A stretch of 64,000 nt of DNA, from positions 65,965 through 129,964 of the forward strand of contig CAVONQ010000016.1 in the NCBI GenBank assembly GCA_963697335.1, given 5' to 3'. Both the position numbers and the translations under genes were made by a program. Each line of letters opens with the position of its first letter. Position 1 is the stretch's first letter. The notes under the pieces are model-generated. The model had not been told where the DNA came from and did no database searches. It saw only the letters and a program-made list of their open reading frames with translations. This document shows positions 31,511 to 40,977 of the stretch, piece after piece. Source of the DNA: an uncultured cyanobacterium. GTDB taxonomy: Bacteria > Cyanobacteriota > Cyanobacteriia > PCC-6307 > Cyanobiaceae.

Positions 31511-32957
31511 ATGAAACTTTTCCAGCAACTGCTGGTTGCCCCCGCGGCACTCGGACTGCTGGCCCCTGTGGCCGCCACTGCTTCTGAGCTCAACTTCGAC
31601 GGCGTCGACCAGTACGCCTCCCAGGAGCAAGTCACCAGCATCTCCCAGTTCTCGGACGTGCAACCCACGGATTGGGCCTACCAGGCTCTCTCCAACCTGA
31701 TCGAGCGCTACGGCTGCGTCGCCGGCTACCCCGACGGCACCTACCGCGGCCAGCGGGCCATGACCCGTTTTGAAGCCGCTGCGCTTCTGAACGCCTGCCT
31801 CGACCGCGTCACCGAGGTGACCGACGAGCTCAAGCGCCTGATGGCCGAGTTCGAGAAGGAACTCGCCATCCTCAAGGGCCGCGTTGACGGCCTCGAGGCC
31901 AAGGTCGGTGAGCTGGAGGCCAACCAGTTCTCCACCACCACCAAGCTGAAGGGCATCGCCACGATGACCCTCGGCGGCGCTGGCGAAACCGGCTTCGGCG
32001 ACAACGTCACCGCGAACTACGACGTTCGCCTGATGTTCGACACCAGCTTCACCGGTAAGGACCTGCTGCGCACCACCCTGCGCGCCGGCAACTTCGGCAA
32101 CTCGGTGTTCGGCAACGGCAACACCACCCTGGAAGTGGCTTTCCAGGAAGAGAGCGGTGCTGACTCCGTCGGCATCAACCGCCTCTTCTACCAGTTCCCC
32201 GTCGGCGAGTCCTTCACCGTCACCGCCGGTGCCAAGGTCCGTCAGGACGACATGCTGGCTGTGTGGCCCAGCGCCTACCCCGCTGACACCATCCTCGACC
32301 TGTTCACCTATGCCGGTGCCCGGGCGACCTACAACCTGAACCTCGGCGCCGGTGTCGGTGCCTGGTGGCAGAAGGATGGCTTCAGCATCAGCGCCAACTT
32401 CGTCTCCAACGAGAACGCTGCTGAAAACTCCTTCATCGGCATCGGTGAGGACTACACCATTACCGGCCAGCTTGGCTACACGCGCGAGAACTGGGGCGCA
32501 GCCCTGGCCTACACCTACGCTGACTTCTCCGGCTTCAGCAACAGCAATGTTGGTCTGAGTGCCTACTGGTCCCCCTCCGAATCCGGTTGGGTGCCTTCGA
32601 TCAGCGTCGGTGGCGGTTGGTCTGATTCCCCCAGCACCACTGAAACCTTTGGCAGCGACGGCGACTCCTGGAGCTGGATGGTCGGCCTCCAGTGGACCGA
32701 CATGTTCATCAAGGGCAACGCCCTCGGCATGGCCATGGGTAGTGCTGGCCAGATCGGCGATGGCAAGTGCGGCACCACCGCAGCTCTGCACCGGCGGCAT
32801 CTGGGCCGACGGTGGACAAGAGACCCTGGCCTACGAGCTGTGGTACAAGTTCCAGGTCACCGACAACATCAGCGTGACCCCCGCCTTCTTCTGGATCGAG
32901 AACGACGGCGCCAGCGACACCTACGGCGGTCTGGTCAAGACCACCTTCAAGTTCTGA
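31511..32957 (+). pseudogene. som: Som-type (SLH + OprB-like) major porin with frameshift near 32780
   Basis: MKLFQQLLVAPAALG, SLH segment FSDVQPTDWAYQAL; the family C-terminus YELWYKFQVTDNISVTP..KTTFKF lies in a different frame. Confidence 0.88.
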
Positions 32958-32973
32958 TCGTCTGATCGGAACC

Positions 32974-33084
32974 GGGCCTGGCTCCTCACACTCTTCCCAG
33001 GCCCTTCGTCCTCTTTAACCGTCAGGAACCACTCTTCACACCGTTGTTCCTCTTCCCTCCCCGGCCTTTGGCCGGGTTTTTTTT
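32974..33084 (+). ncRNA. Candidate 3'-UTR sRNA with two Yfr1-type loop motifs
   Basis: Stem GGGCCTGG/CCAGGCCC with CTCCTCACAC in the loop; stem AGGAAC/GTTCCT with ACTCTTCACAC in the loop; then terminator. Confidence 0.65.
33060..33084 (+). terminator. Intrinsic terminator after porin
   Basis: CCCGGCC-TTT-GGCCGGG followed by T8. Confidence 0.9.
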
Positions 33085-33125
33085 GGCCCGATCTCCGCAG
33101 CCTGGCCGCTTAGGTTGCCCTGGAC

Positions 33126-33830
33126 GTGAGCTGGTGCGGAAGGAGGTGTCTCCTGCCTCAGGCTGATCCCTATGCGGTGCTGGGTGTGTCCCCCCAGGCC
33201 AGTGGCGCCGAGATCAAGGCCGCCTACCGCGCCCTGGTCAAGCGGCATCACCCCGATGCCGGCGGGGACGACACCACGATCCTGGCCCTCAACGCCGCCT
33301 GGGAGGTGCTGGGTGATCGCGAGCGCCGCCGCCGCCATGACCGCCGCCATCCCAGCCCTGGCAGGAGCGGGGGCGCGTCACCCCCTGCAGACACCCCGAG
33401 GGCAGGGGCCACCCCAAGGGCAGCAGCCCACGAGGCCGCCCTGCGCCTCTGGTTGCAGCAGGTGTACGTGCCGATCGACCGCCTGCTGGGCCAGGTGATC
33501 AACCCCTTCCCAGCCCAGCTGCGGGCCCTCGCCGCCGATCCCTACGACGACCGTCTGATGGAGGCCTTCTGCGCCTTCCTGGAGCTGAGCCAGACCCGCC
33601 TGGCCAGGGTGGAAACCCTCTACCGCTCCCATGCCTGCCCCCAGGCCCTGGAGAGCTTCTGCCTGGACCTTTACCACTGCCTCAGCCTGGTCAAGGACGC
33701 CCTGGTGGACCTGGAGCGTTACACCATGGGCTACGTGGACTCCTACCTGCGCGATGGCCGCGAACTGCTGCGCAAGGCCGGGGCACGGCGGCGCCAGCTG
33801 AAGCAGGACCGGCGCCAGGTGATGGCCTGA
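33126..33830 (+). CDS. DnaJ-domain protein
   Basis: DPYAVLGV..IKAAYR..HHPD J-domain; cyanobacterial-type helical C-terminus (LAADPYDD). Confidence 0.88.
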   Translation: MSWCGRRCLLPQADPYAVLGVSPQASGAEIKAAYRALVKRHHPDAGGDDTTILALNAAWEVLGDRERRRRHDRRHPSPGRSGGASPPADTPRAGATPRAAAHEAALRLWLQQVYVPIDRLLGQVINPFPAQLRALAADPYDDRLMEAFCAFLELSQTRLARVETLYRSHACPQALESFCLDLYHCLSLVKDALVDLERYTMGYVDSYLRDGRELLRKAGARRRQLKQDRRQVMA

Positions 33831-33831
33831 G

Positions 33832-34074
33832 TCAGCCCGGGAAGGCTTCCAGGACAGCGAGGGGCAGCCATACATCCGGAACAGGCCGCTGCCAGCGCAG
33901 CTGGGCATAGGCCCCCTTCACGGCCAGCACTTCGCCGGGGCCCTTGAGGATGTAGCCGGGGGGCTGGGGGGCACTGGCGGCCGCTTCGGCACTGCGGCCA
34001 TAGGCGTCGCTGTTCACCCGCACCAGGCTGCCCTTCTTCAGGGGGGGCTGGGCGGTGGAGGGCGTGTCGGCCAT
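33832..34074 (-). CDS. ndhO: NAD(P)H-quinone oxidoreductase subunit O
   Basis: LKKGSLVRV..SAEAAAS..PGYIL.GPGE..PVPDVWL. Confidence 0.9.
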   Translation of the reverse strand: MADTPSTAQPPLKKGSLVRVNSDAYGRSAEAAASAPQPPGYILKGPGEVLAVKGAYAQLRWQRPVPDVWLPLAVLEAFPG

Positions 34075-34155
34075 GACGAGCCTTGGGAGATGGCTGCCAG
34101 GTTAGGTCCCCCCCTGGCGTTGAGCTTGGCCCTAGCCTCCAGACGCGCTGAGGGA

Positions 34156-35100
34156 ATGGAGCGGGTGCGTCTCTTGTTGCTGGGTTGCTCCGGGTTCGTG
34201 GGGCTCGAGTTGGTGCCCTACCTGCTGGAACTGGGTCACACACTCACCGTGGTGAGTCGCCGCAGCGACCCCTTCCATACCCTGACCAGTGATCGGCTGG
34301 GCAGCCTGCAGCTCGATCCAGCCGACCCTGCCAGCTGGCAGAGCCCGGACTTGCTTGAGGCCCTGGCCGGCGCCGAGGGTGTGGTGAATCTCGCCGGTGA
34401 GCCCATCGCCGAGAAACGCTGGACTCCGGCCCATCGCAGCCTGCTGATGCGCAGCCGCAGCCGCACCACCGAGCTGCTGGTGCAGGCGATGGCAGCGCTG
34501 CAGACGCCGCCGCGGGTTCTGGTGAATGCCTCGGCGGTGGGGTACTACGGCACCAGCCTCGAGCAGCGGTTCACGGAGCAGAGCCCTGCCGGCAGTGATT
34601 ACCTGGCCGAGATCTGCAGCAACTGGGAGGCGGCGGCGGCCCGCTGCCCCGAGGCCTGTCGCCTGGTGATTGTGCGGATCGGCATCGTGCTGGGCGGCGA
34701 TGGTGGTGCCCTCGCCAAGATGCTGCCCGTGTTTCGGATGGGCTTCGGCGGGCCGGTGGGCTCCGGCCGCCAGTGGATGAGCTGGATCCATCGCCACGAC
34801 CTCTGCCGTCTTGTGGCCACCGCCCTGGAGGACGGGCGCTGGAGGGGCACGTACAACGCCGTGGCACCCCAGCCGGTGCGCATGGCGGCGTTCGCCTCGG
34901 CCCTGGGTCGGGTGCTGGGGCGGCCCAGCCTGCTGCCGGTGCCGGGGCCGATCCTGCAGCTGTTGCTGGGGGATGGGGCCCAGGTGGTGCTGGAGGGTCA
35001 GCAGGTGGTGTCCGAGCGGCTCCAGGCCGAGGGCTTCACCTTCCAGTACCCCGAGCTCGGCGCTGCCCTTGCTGCTGCCACCAGCTCAGCACCCCGCTGA
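34156..35100 (+). CDS. TIGR01777 family NAD-dependent epimerase/oxidoreductase
   Basis: GCSGFVG, VNLAGEPI, ASAVGYYG, GSGRQWMSWIH. Confidence 0.9.
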   Translation: MERVRLLLLGCSGFVGLELVPYLLELGHTLTVVSRRSDPFHTLTSDRLGSLQLDPADPASWQSPDLLEALAGAEGVVNLAGEPIAEKRWTPAHRSLLMRSRSRTTELLVQAMAALQTPPRVLVNASAVGYYGTSLEQRFTEQSPAGSDYLAEICSNWEAAAARCPEACRLVIVRIGIVLGGDGGALAKMLPVFRMGFGGPVGSGRQWMSWIHRHDLCRLVATALEDGRWRGTYNAVAPQPVRMAAFASALGRVLGRPSLLPVPGPILQLLLGDGAQVVLEGQQVVSERLQAEGFTFQYPELGAALAAATSSAPR

Positions 35101-35383
35101 GAATGGCGGCTCCCATCAGCAGCCCGATCGCCGGGGTGAACAGTGGCTCCCAGAGCCGCTGAAACAGCTCCAGGGGGGCTTCCACCTTCTGGCTGTGGCA
35201 CAGCACCGCCACGCCGAACCACAGGGCCCCGCTGATCACCACGAAGACGTTGGCCACCAGCAGGGTGTCCATCACCCCTTTGAGGCGCTGCAGAGGCGAT
35301 CGGGCCCAGGCAGATTTCTGCGGTGGGGGAGTGCTTCCCTCAGGCCCTGGGCTGGGCTCGCTCCTGGGCGGCTGATCTGACAT
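35036..35383 (-). CDS. Small two-TM hypothetical protein
   Basis: Two hydrophobic segments; FQRLWEPLFTPAIGLLM. Confidence 0.7.
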   Translation of the reverse strand: MSDQPPRSEPSPGPEGSTPPPQKSAWARSPLQRLKGVMDTLLVANVFVVISGALWFGVAVLCHSQKVEAPLELFQRLWEPLFTPAIGLLMGAAILSGVLSWWQQQGQRRARGTGR

Positions 35384-36614
35384 CGGCTGGGCGCAACAGC
35401 TCCATGATCGCCGTCGCCAGCCGTTCGGTGCCGCCTGGGGCACCGATCCGCTCCTCGGCTGTGCGGACCAGCCGTCCTCGCAGTTCCGGCCCCGCTGCCG
35501 GATCGGCCAGTTCGGCCAGCAGGGCCCCGGCCAGCCGGGCCGTGGCCTCCAGGGTCGTGGCTGTGCCGGGCTCGCCGCTGGCGCAATGCACCCCAGCACC
35601 GAGCAGCCGCCGCTGGGCTTCGGCGAAACCGCCGGTGAACTGGGGGCCCTGCCCCACCAGCTGCAGCACGGGCTTGCCCAGCCCCACCGCCTGCTCGGTG
35701 GCTGTGCCCGCCATGGCCAGCACCAGATCGGCCCGGGTCAGGGCGGCCCCGACCCCCGACCAGGTGAGCTCCAGCACCAGGCCCCCGCGCTCCAGGCGGT
35801 TGTGGGCCCGTGCGCTCCAGCCGTGGCTGGCGGCCAGCTGCCGCACCGTGGCGGCATCGAGGGCCTTCACCAGCACGGCCCGCAGCTGCAGGGCGCCAGG
35901 TTGGCGGAGGGCCTGGGGCAGCAGGGCCAGCAGGCGCAGCATCAGCTCCAGGTTCGCCCCGGCTTCCGGCATCCTGCTCCCCGGCAGCAGGGCCATGGAG
36001 AGCTGGCGTGGGGCGGCCGTCATGGCCACTGCAGCCGTCAATGCTGGGGAGCCAGCCACCCCGGGCTCCGCAGCGGCATCGAGAAAGGGATTGCCCAGAA
36101 AGCCCACCGGCCGCCGCAGCTGCTGGCTGAGGTCGCTGGCTGTGAGCGCATCGCGGCTCCAGACCTGGCTGACGCGGCGTCGTCGCAGCAGCCAGCCGCA
36201 GGGCCAGGGAAGCCGCAGCTTGCCCTCGTAGTGGCTGGAGTAGGCCACCAGATACACGGCGCAGCGGCCGCCGCCCAGCCAGGCCCCCAGCACCGCCACC
36301 AGGTCGCCGACGGCGACCACCAGCTGATACCGGCCACGCCGCCGCATCAGCCGCAGCAGGCAGGCCAGCACGTGCGCCACCTGGCCACCGAGCAGCTCGC
36401 TGAGCTGGCCATGGAAGCTGGTGAAGCCCAGTCCACCGGTGCGGAACTCCCGCGTGGGCCCGAGCAAGGCAATGCCCCGCTGGCGGTAGGCGTTGCCATG
36501 CCCCACCAGGGGCAACGCCTCCACCGCCACGCCCCTGGCCATCAGGGCCGCGCCCACGAGGGCACCGCTGAGATCTTCGCCATGGCCATTGCTGAGCAGC
36601 AGCACGCGAGCCAC
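35340..36614 (-). CDS. Lipid-A-disaccharide synthase-related protein
   Basis: LLSNGHGED, LPLVG.G, LLPGSR.PEA, MAGTATEQAVGLGKP. Confidence 0.88.
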   Translation of the reverse strand: MARVLLLSNGHGEDLSGALVGAALMARGVAVEALPLVGHGNAYRQRGIALLGPTREFRTGGLGFTSFHGQLSELLGGQVAHVLACLLRLMRRRGRYQLVVAVGDLVAVLGAWLGGGRCAVYLVAYSSHYEGKLRLPWPCGWLLRRRRVSQVWSRDALTASDLSQQLRRPVGFLGNPFLDAAAEPGVAGSPALTAAVAMTAAPRQLSMALLPGSRMPEAGANLELMLRLLALLPQALRQPGALQLRAVLVKALDAATVRQLAASHGWSARAHNRLERGGLVLELTWSGVGAALTRADLVLAMAGTATEQAVGLGKPVLQLVGQGPQFTGGFAEAQRRLLGAGVHCASGEPGTATTLEATARLAGALLAELADPAAGPELRGRLVRTAEERIGAPGGTERLATAIMELLRPADVRSAAQERAQPRA

Positions 36615-36639
36615 GGGCTTCAGGGGGTGAGGGGCGCGA

Positions 36640-37077
36640 TCAACCGTTCAACCAGGCCTGCACCTTCAGCATCGCGGCCCAGCCGGGCTTGCGTTTGAGG
36701 CCGTCGGCCATCGACTCCTGCAGCTCGGCGGCCAGCTCCGGCGCCATGGCCATCAGCCGCTGCACGATGCCGATGTGCTCCCGCACGCCCTTGGCGCCGG
36801 TCTCGAGCATGGCCAGGCTCAGGTTGATGCGGGCCTGGGGGTCCTGGGGGTTGAGCCGCACCGCCGTCCGGGCCGTGCGCAGGGCAGGCTCCGGCTGGTC
36901 GGTGAGCAGTTGCAGCCAGGCCAGACAGGTGTATCCCGCCGACTGGCGGGGTGCCTGGGCGGTGATCGCCTCGAACGCGTCGAGCAGTTCGGCCGGATCG
37001 GTGCCGGCGTTGTACCGGGCGATGGCGGCGTCGAACAGCGAGGTGGCTGGGCTGCTCTCAGCGGAACTGGCCGACAT
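36640..37077 (-). CDS. TPR-like hypothetical protein
   Basis: TCLAWLQLL, AVRLNPQDPQARINLSLA. Confidence 0.8.
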   Translation of the reverse strand: MSASSAESSPATSLFDAAIARYNAGTDPAELLDAFEAITAQAPRQSAGYTCLAWLQLLTDQPEPALRTARTAVRLNPQDPQARINLSLAMLETGAKGVREHIGIVQRLMAMAPELAAELQESMADGLKRKPGWAAMLKVQAWLNG

Positions 37078-37136
37078 GGCTGCAGGGCAGGGTCACAGCT
37101 GTTCAGATTCCCATGCGGCAGGCCTGAGGCGCTGGC

Positions 37137-37583
37137 TCAGACCGCGAAGGAGCTGCCACAGCCGCAGGTCTGACTGGCGTTCGGGTTGGTGAAGTTGAAG
37201 CCGCCTCCGATCAGGGCGCTGGAGAAGTCGAGCTGCATGCCGTAGATGTACAGCAGGCTCTTGGGGTCGCACACCACCTGGAAGCTGGGGGCTCCTGCGG
37301 GCTCGTAGGTGTAGGTCTCATCGTCGGGGCGGATGCCGTCGGGGCCGATGAAATCCATGGTGTAGCTCATGCCGCTGCAGCCGCCTGAGCGCACTCCCAC
37401 CCGCAGCACCCTGCCCTCGCCCTGCTGGCTGATCAGGCTGCCCAGCTGCTTCATGGCGGGCTCGGTGACCAGGATGCCCTTGCCGTCCCGGGCCGTGAAG
37501 GTGGCCACGGGGGCCGGGGCGGCCGGGCTCGGGGCAACGGGGCTGGCGGCGGTTTCGGTGCTCATCACTTCGGCCAGGGTCAT
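37137..37583 (-). CDS. Fe-S cluster assembly accessory protein (IscA/SufA/HesB)
   Basis: [22 protein letters not shown]. Confidence 0.93.
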   Translation of the reverse strand: MTLAEVMSTETAASPVAPSPAAPAPVATFTARDGKGILVTEPAMKQLGSLISQQGEGRVLRVGVRSGGCSGMSYTMDFIGPDGIRPDDETYTYEPAGAPSFQVVCDPKSLLYIYGMQLDFSSALIGGGFNFTNPNASQTCGCGSSFAV

Positions 37584-37652
37584 GGGCCAACTCTATGGAC
37601 CTGCACCCGCACCTGTCGGATCCATAGAGTCTGTGCCAGTGCTACGGGAGCG

Positions 37653-39206
37653 TTGCGGGTGCAGGTCGCCATTGTGGGAGCGGGTCTGGCGGGTCTGGCA
37701 GCGGCGGTGGATCTCGTGGATGCCGGCCATCAGGTGGATCTCTACGAGGCCAGGCCCTTCATGGGGGGCAAGGTGGGCAGCTGGGTGGATGAGGGCGGCA
37801 ACCACATCGAGATGGGGCTGCATGTGTTCTTCTTCAATTACGCCAACCTGTTCGCCCTGATGCGCAAGGTGGGGGCGATCGACAACCTCCTGCCCAAGCA
37901 GCACACCCACCTGTTCGTGAATGCCGGCGGCGACCTGCGCGAGCTGGATTTCCGCTTTGCCCTGGGCGCCCCCTTCAACGGCCTCAAGGCCTTTTTCACC
38001 ACGCCCCAGCTCGACTGGATCGACAAACTGCGCAATGCCCTGGCCCTGGGCACCAGCCCGATCGTGCGCGGCCTCGTGGACTACGAAGGGGCCATGGGGG
38101 TGATCCGGGACCTGGATCGCATCAGTTTCGAGCAGTGGTTTCTGGGCCATGGCGGCAGCCGCCGCAGCATCGAGCGGATGTGGAACCCGATTGCCTATGC
38201 CCTTGGGTTCATCGACTGCGAGGCGATCTCGGCGCGCTGCATGCTCACCATCTTCATGATGTTCGCCTCCAAGACGGAGGCCTCCAAGCTCAACCTGCTG
38301 AAGGGCTCGCCCCACCGCTGGCTCACCGGTCCGATCCTCGACTACATCACCAGCCGCGGGGGACGCCTGCACCTGCGCCATCGCGTCACCGAGCTGCACT
38401 ACGAGGAGGTTCCCGACCCAGACGCACCTGGCTCCACCAGCGCGCCAGCGATCCGGGTGAGTGGCCTCAGCCTGGGCACGCCGGAGGGGGAGCGCCGGGT
38501 GCAGGCCGACACCTATCTCGCCGCCTGCGACGTGCCTGGCATTCAGCGCATGCTGCCCGAGGCCTGGCGCCGCTTTCCCCAGTTCGACAACATCTACAAG
38601 CTGGAGGCGGTGCCGGTGGCCACCGTGCAGCTCCGCTACGACGGCTGGATCACCGAGCTGGGGAACAGCCCCGCCAACAGAGCCGCCCGCGCTGACGTGA
38701 GCCACCCGGCCGGTCTCGACAACCTCCTCTACACGGCGGATGCCGATTTCAGCTGTTTTGCCGACCTGGCCCTCGCCAGCCCGGAGGACTACCGCAAGGA
38801 GGGGCTCGGCTCGCTGCTGCAGTGTGTGCTCACCCCCGGCGATCCCTGGATCCCCCGCAAGAGCGACGCCATCGTGGCCGCCACCGACGCCCAGGTGCGC
38901 CGCCTCTTCCCTTCAGCCCAGTCGTTGAATCTGGTCTGGAGCAATGTGGTGAAACTGGCACAGTCGCTGTACCGCGAGGCCCCCGGCATGGAGCCCTATC
39001 GGCCCAGCCAGCGCACGCCGGTGTCCAACTTCTTCCTGGCGGGAAGCTACACCCGTCAGGACTACATCGATTCGATGGAAGGTGCCACGATGAGCGGCCG
39101 CCTCGCGGCAGCGGCGATTCTGGATCGCCCCGCTCAACTGGCCGCCCAGGGCTCCAGCCAGAAGCCGCGCCTCAGCGCCGCCCTCACCGCCCCAACTCAC
39201 GAGTAA
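37653..39206 (+). CDS. zds: Zeta-carotene desaturase
   Basis: [31 protein letters not shown] start. Confidence 0.95.
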   Translation: MRVQVAIVGAGLAGLAAAVDLVDAGHQVDLYEARPFMGGKVGSWVDEGGNHIEMGLHVFFFNYANLFALMRKVGAIDNLLPKQHTHLFVNAGGDLRELDFRFALGAPFNGLKAFFTTPQLDWIDKLRNALALGTSPIVRGLVDYEGAMGVIRDLDRISFEQWFLGHGGSRRSIERMWNPIAYALGFIDCEAISARCMLTIFMMFASKTEASKLNLLKGSPHRWLTGPILDYITSRGGRLHLRHRVTELHYEEVPDPDAPGSTSAPAIRVSGLSLGTPEGERRVQADTYLAACDVPGIQRMLPEAWRRFPQFDNIYKLEAVPVATVQLRYDGWITELGNSPANRAARADVSHPAGLDNLLYTADADFSCFADLALASPEDYRKEGLGSLLQCVLTPGDPWIPRKSDAIVAATDAQVRRLFPSAQSLNLVWSNVVKLAQSLYREAPGMEPYRPSQRTPVSNFFLAGSYTRQDYIDSMEGATMSGRLAAAAILDRPAQLAAQGSSQKPRLSAALTAPTHE

Positions 39207-39210
39207 CCCG

Positions 39211-39669
39211 ATGGGCCGTTGGCTCGAGCACAGCGTCACCACAGAGATCGCCGCGCCCGTGGAGCGGGTCTGGGAGGTCTGGAGCGACCTGGAGGCCATG
39301 CCCCGCTGGATGCGCTGGATTGAGTCGGTGGTCACCGAGCCCGGCAACCCAGACCTCACCGACTGGACCCTGGCCGCCCAGGGATTCCGCTTCCACTGGA
39401 AGGCGCGGATCACGCTGCGGGTGGAGGCCCAGCAGCTGCACTGGGAGTCGGTGGGAGGGCTGCCCACCAAGGGGGGCGTGCGCTTCTACCCCCAGACCGA
39501 CGGCAACACCGCCGTGAAGCTCAGCGTGAGCTACGAACTTCCGGGCATCTTGGCACCCTTGATGGAGCCCACCATTCTGGGCGGCATCGTCACCAAGGAA
39601 CTTCAGGCGAACCTTGACCGCTTTCGAGACCTCGTCGAAGAACGTTCGATCGAGACCATCCCGAGCTGA
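39211..39669 (+). CDS. SRPBCC/polyketide cyclase family protein
   Basis: WLEHSV, MPRWMRWIESV; follows zds. Confidence 0.88.
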   Translation: MGRWLEHSVTTEIAAPVERVWEVWSDLEAMPRWMRWIESVVTEPGNPDLTDWTLAAQGFRFHWKARITLRVEAQQLHWESVGGLPTKGGVRFYPQTDGNTAVKLSVSYELPGILAPLMEPTILGGIVTKELQANLDRFRDLVEERSIETIPS

Positions 39670-40174
39670 GCACTGGCTCTCCGCTTCCCTGGTGGCCCTG
39701 CTGCTCACGGCGTGCGGCGGTGGAGCGACGCCTCCCGAGGCCACCCAGCCCCCACCCGCTCCTTCCCCCGCCAGCTCCCCGGCAGACGCCCGGCCGCCGC
39801 AGTTCACGGGCCTCACCCCCCTGCCTACGCCCAACCAGGTGTTGGCTGCGATCAACATCGGCCGCGACGATCCCTTCTCCCCCATGGCGCCGAGAGCCTC
39901 GGCCACTTCAGGCAGCCGGTCCGCCCCGATCCGGCCCGCCCAGGTCCCGCTCACCCTGCCGCCGTCGTTCCGCTTCACCGGCGTGATCAGCTCCGCCGGA
40001 AGGGCCAAGGCGATCGTGGACTACGGCACCACCAGTGGGGCCCTGAGCGTGGGCGACCGGGGCGGCAGCAGCACCGACCTGTTACCGCCGGGCTGGAGCG
40101 TGGCCTCGATCAACGTGGACCGAGGTTTGCTCACCCTGCGTCAGGGCCAGCAGACGGTTTCGGCTGAGCTCTGA
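39614..40174 (+). CDS. Putative lipoprotein (start uncertain)
   Basis: LLLTAC lipobox, Pro-rich linker, GRDDPF, LLPPGWSV. Confidence 0.6.
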   Translation: MTAFETSSKNVRSRPSRAEHWLSASLVALLLTACGGGATPPEATQPPPAPSPASSPADARPPQFTGLTPLPTPNQVLAAINIGRDDPFSPMAPRASATSGSRSAPIRPAQVPLTLPPSFRFTGVISSAGRAKAIVDYGTTSGALSVGDRGGSSTDLLPPGWSVASINVDRGLLTLRQGQQTVSAEL

Positions 40175-40958
40175 GGGCCTCGACGCAGGCCTGCACCAGG
40201 CCCTCGAGGTCGTGGGGATCGGCCTCGGCGTCCACCCGGCCGAGCTCCTGCTCACAGCGCCGGCTGGTCTGGGGGCCGATCGACACCACCGCCACATCCC
40301 GCAGACAGCGGGGCCAGGCCTCGCCGAAGCCAGCCTGCAGCAGCTGCACGGTGTGGCTCACTGTCTTGGCGCTGCTGAAGGTGATGGCGTCCAGTTCCCT
40401 GCGCTCGAGAGCCGCCACCGCAGCGGAGGGCAAGCCGGCCGGGCAGCGGGTTTCGTAGGCGGCCACCTCCACCACCCGGGCCCCGCCTGCGGCGAAGGCC
40501 TCGGCCAGCACGGTGCGGCCGCCGCTCTCCACCCGCGGCAGCAGCAGCCGCAGACCCCAGCCCGACACGGGGAAATGCTCCAGCAGGCTGTCGGCCACGA
40601 AGCTGGGGGGCACGAAGTCGGCGGGGGCGCCGATCGCCTCCAGCTGGTCGGCGGTCTTGCGGCCCACAGCGGCGATCCTGAGGCTGCGGGGGCGGTGGGC
40701 CAGGCTGCTTCCCCGCAACCCCAGCCGTTTCTCCACCGCCTCGACGCCATTGCCGCTGGAGAACACCAGCCAGTGGAAGTCCTCGAGCTCATCGAGGGCG
40801 TCGTCGAGGGGGCCCCAGGACTCGGGTGGCGTCACCACCAGGGCCGGCAGGTCCACCACCTGGGCCCCGGCCGCCTCGAACAGGCGCCGGGCGGCCCCAA
40901 TCTGGGTCTCGGCCCTTGTCACGGCAATGGTTCTGCCGGCCAGGCAGGGCTCAGACAT
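40131..40958 (-). CDS. hemD: Uroporphyrinogen-III synthase
   Basis: VTRA, WLVFSSGNGV, AVGRKTA, FSSAKTV, SIGPQTS. Confidence 0.92.
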   Translation of the reverse strand: MSEPCLAGRTIAVTRAETQIGAARRLFEAAGAQVVDLPALVVTPPESWGPLDDALDELEDFHWLVFSSGNGVEAVEKRLGLRGSSLAHRPRSLRIAAVGRKTADQLEAIGAPADFVPPSFVADSLLEHFPVSGWGLRLLLPRVESGGRTVLAEAFAAGGARVVEVAAYETRCPAGLPSAAVAALERRELDAITFSSAKTVSHTVQLLQAGFGEAWPRCLRDVAVVSIGPQTSRRCEQELGRVDAEADPHDLEGLVQACVEALRAQPKPSAGPDAG

Positions 40959-40977
40959 GGAGGCTTCAGACAGGGGT

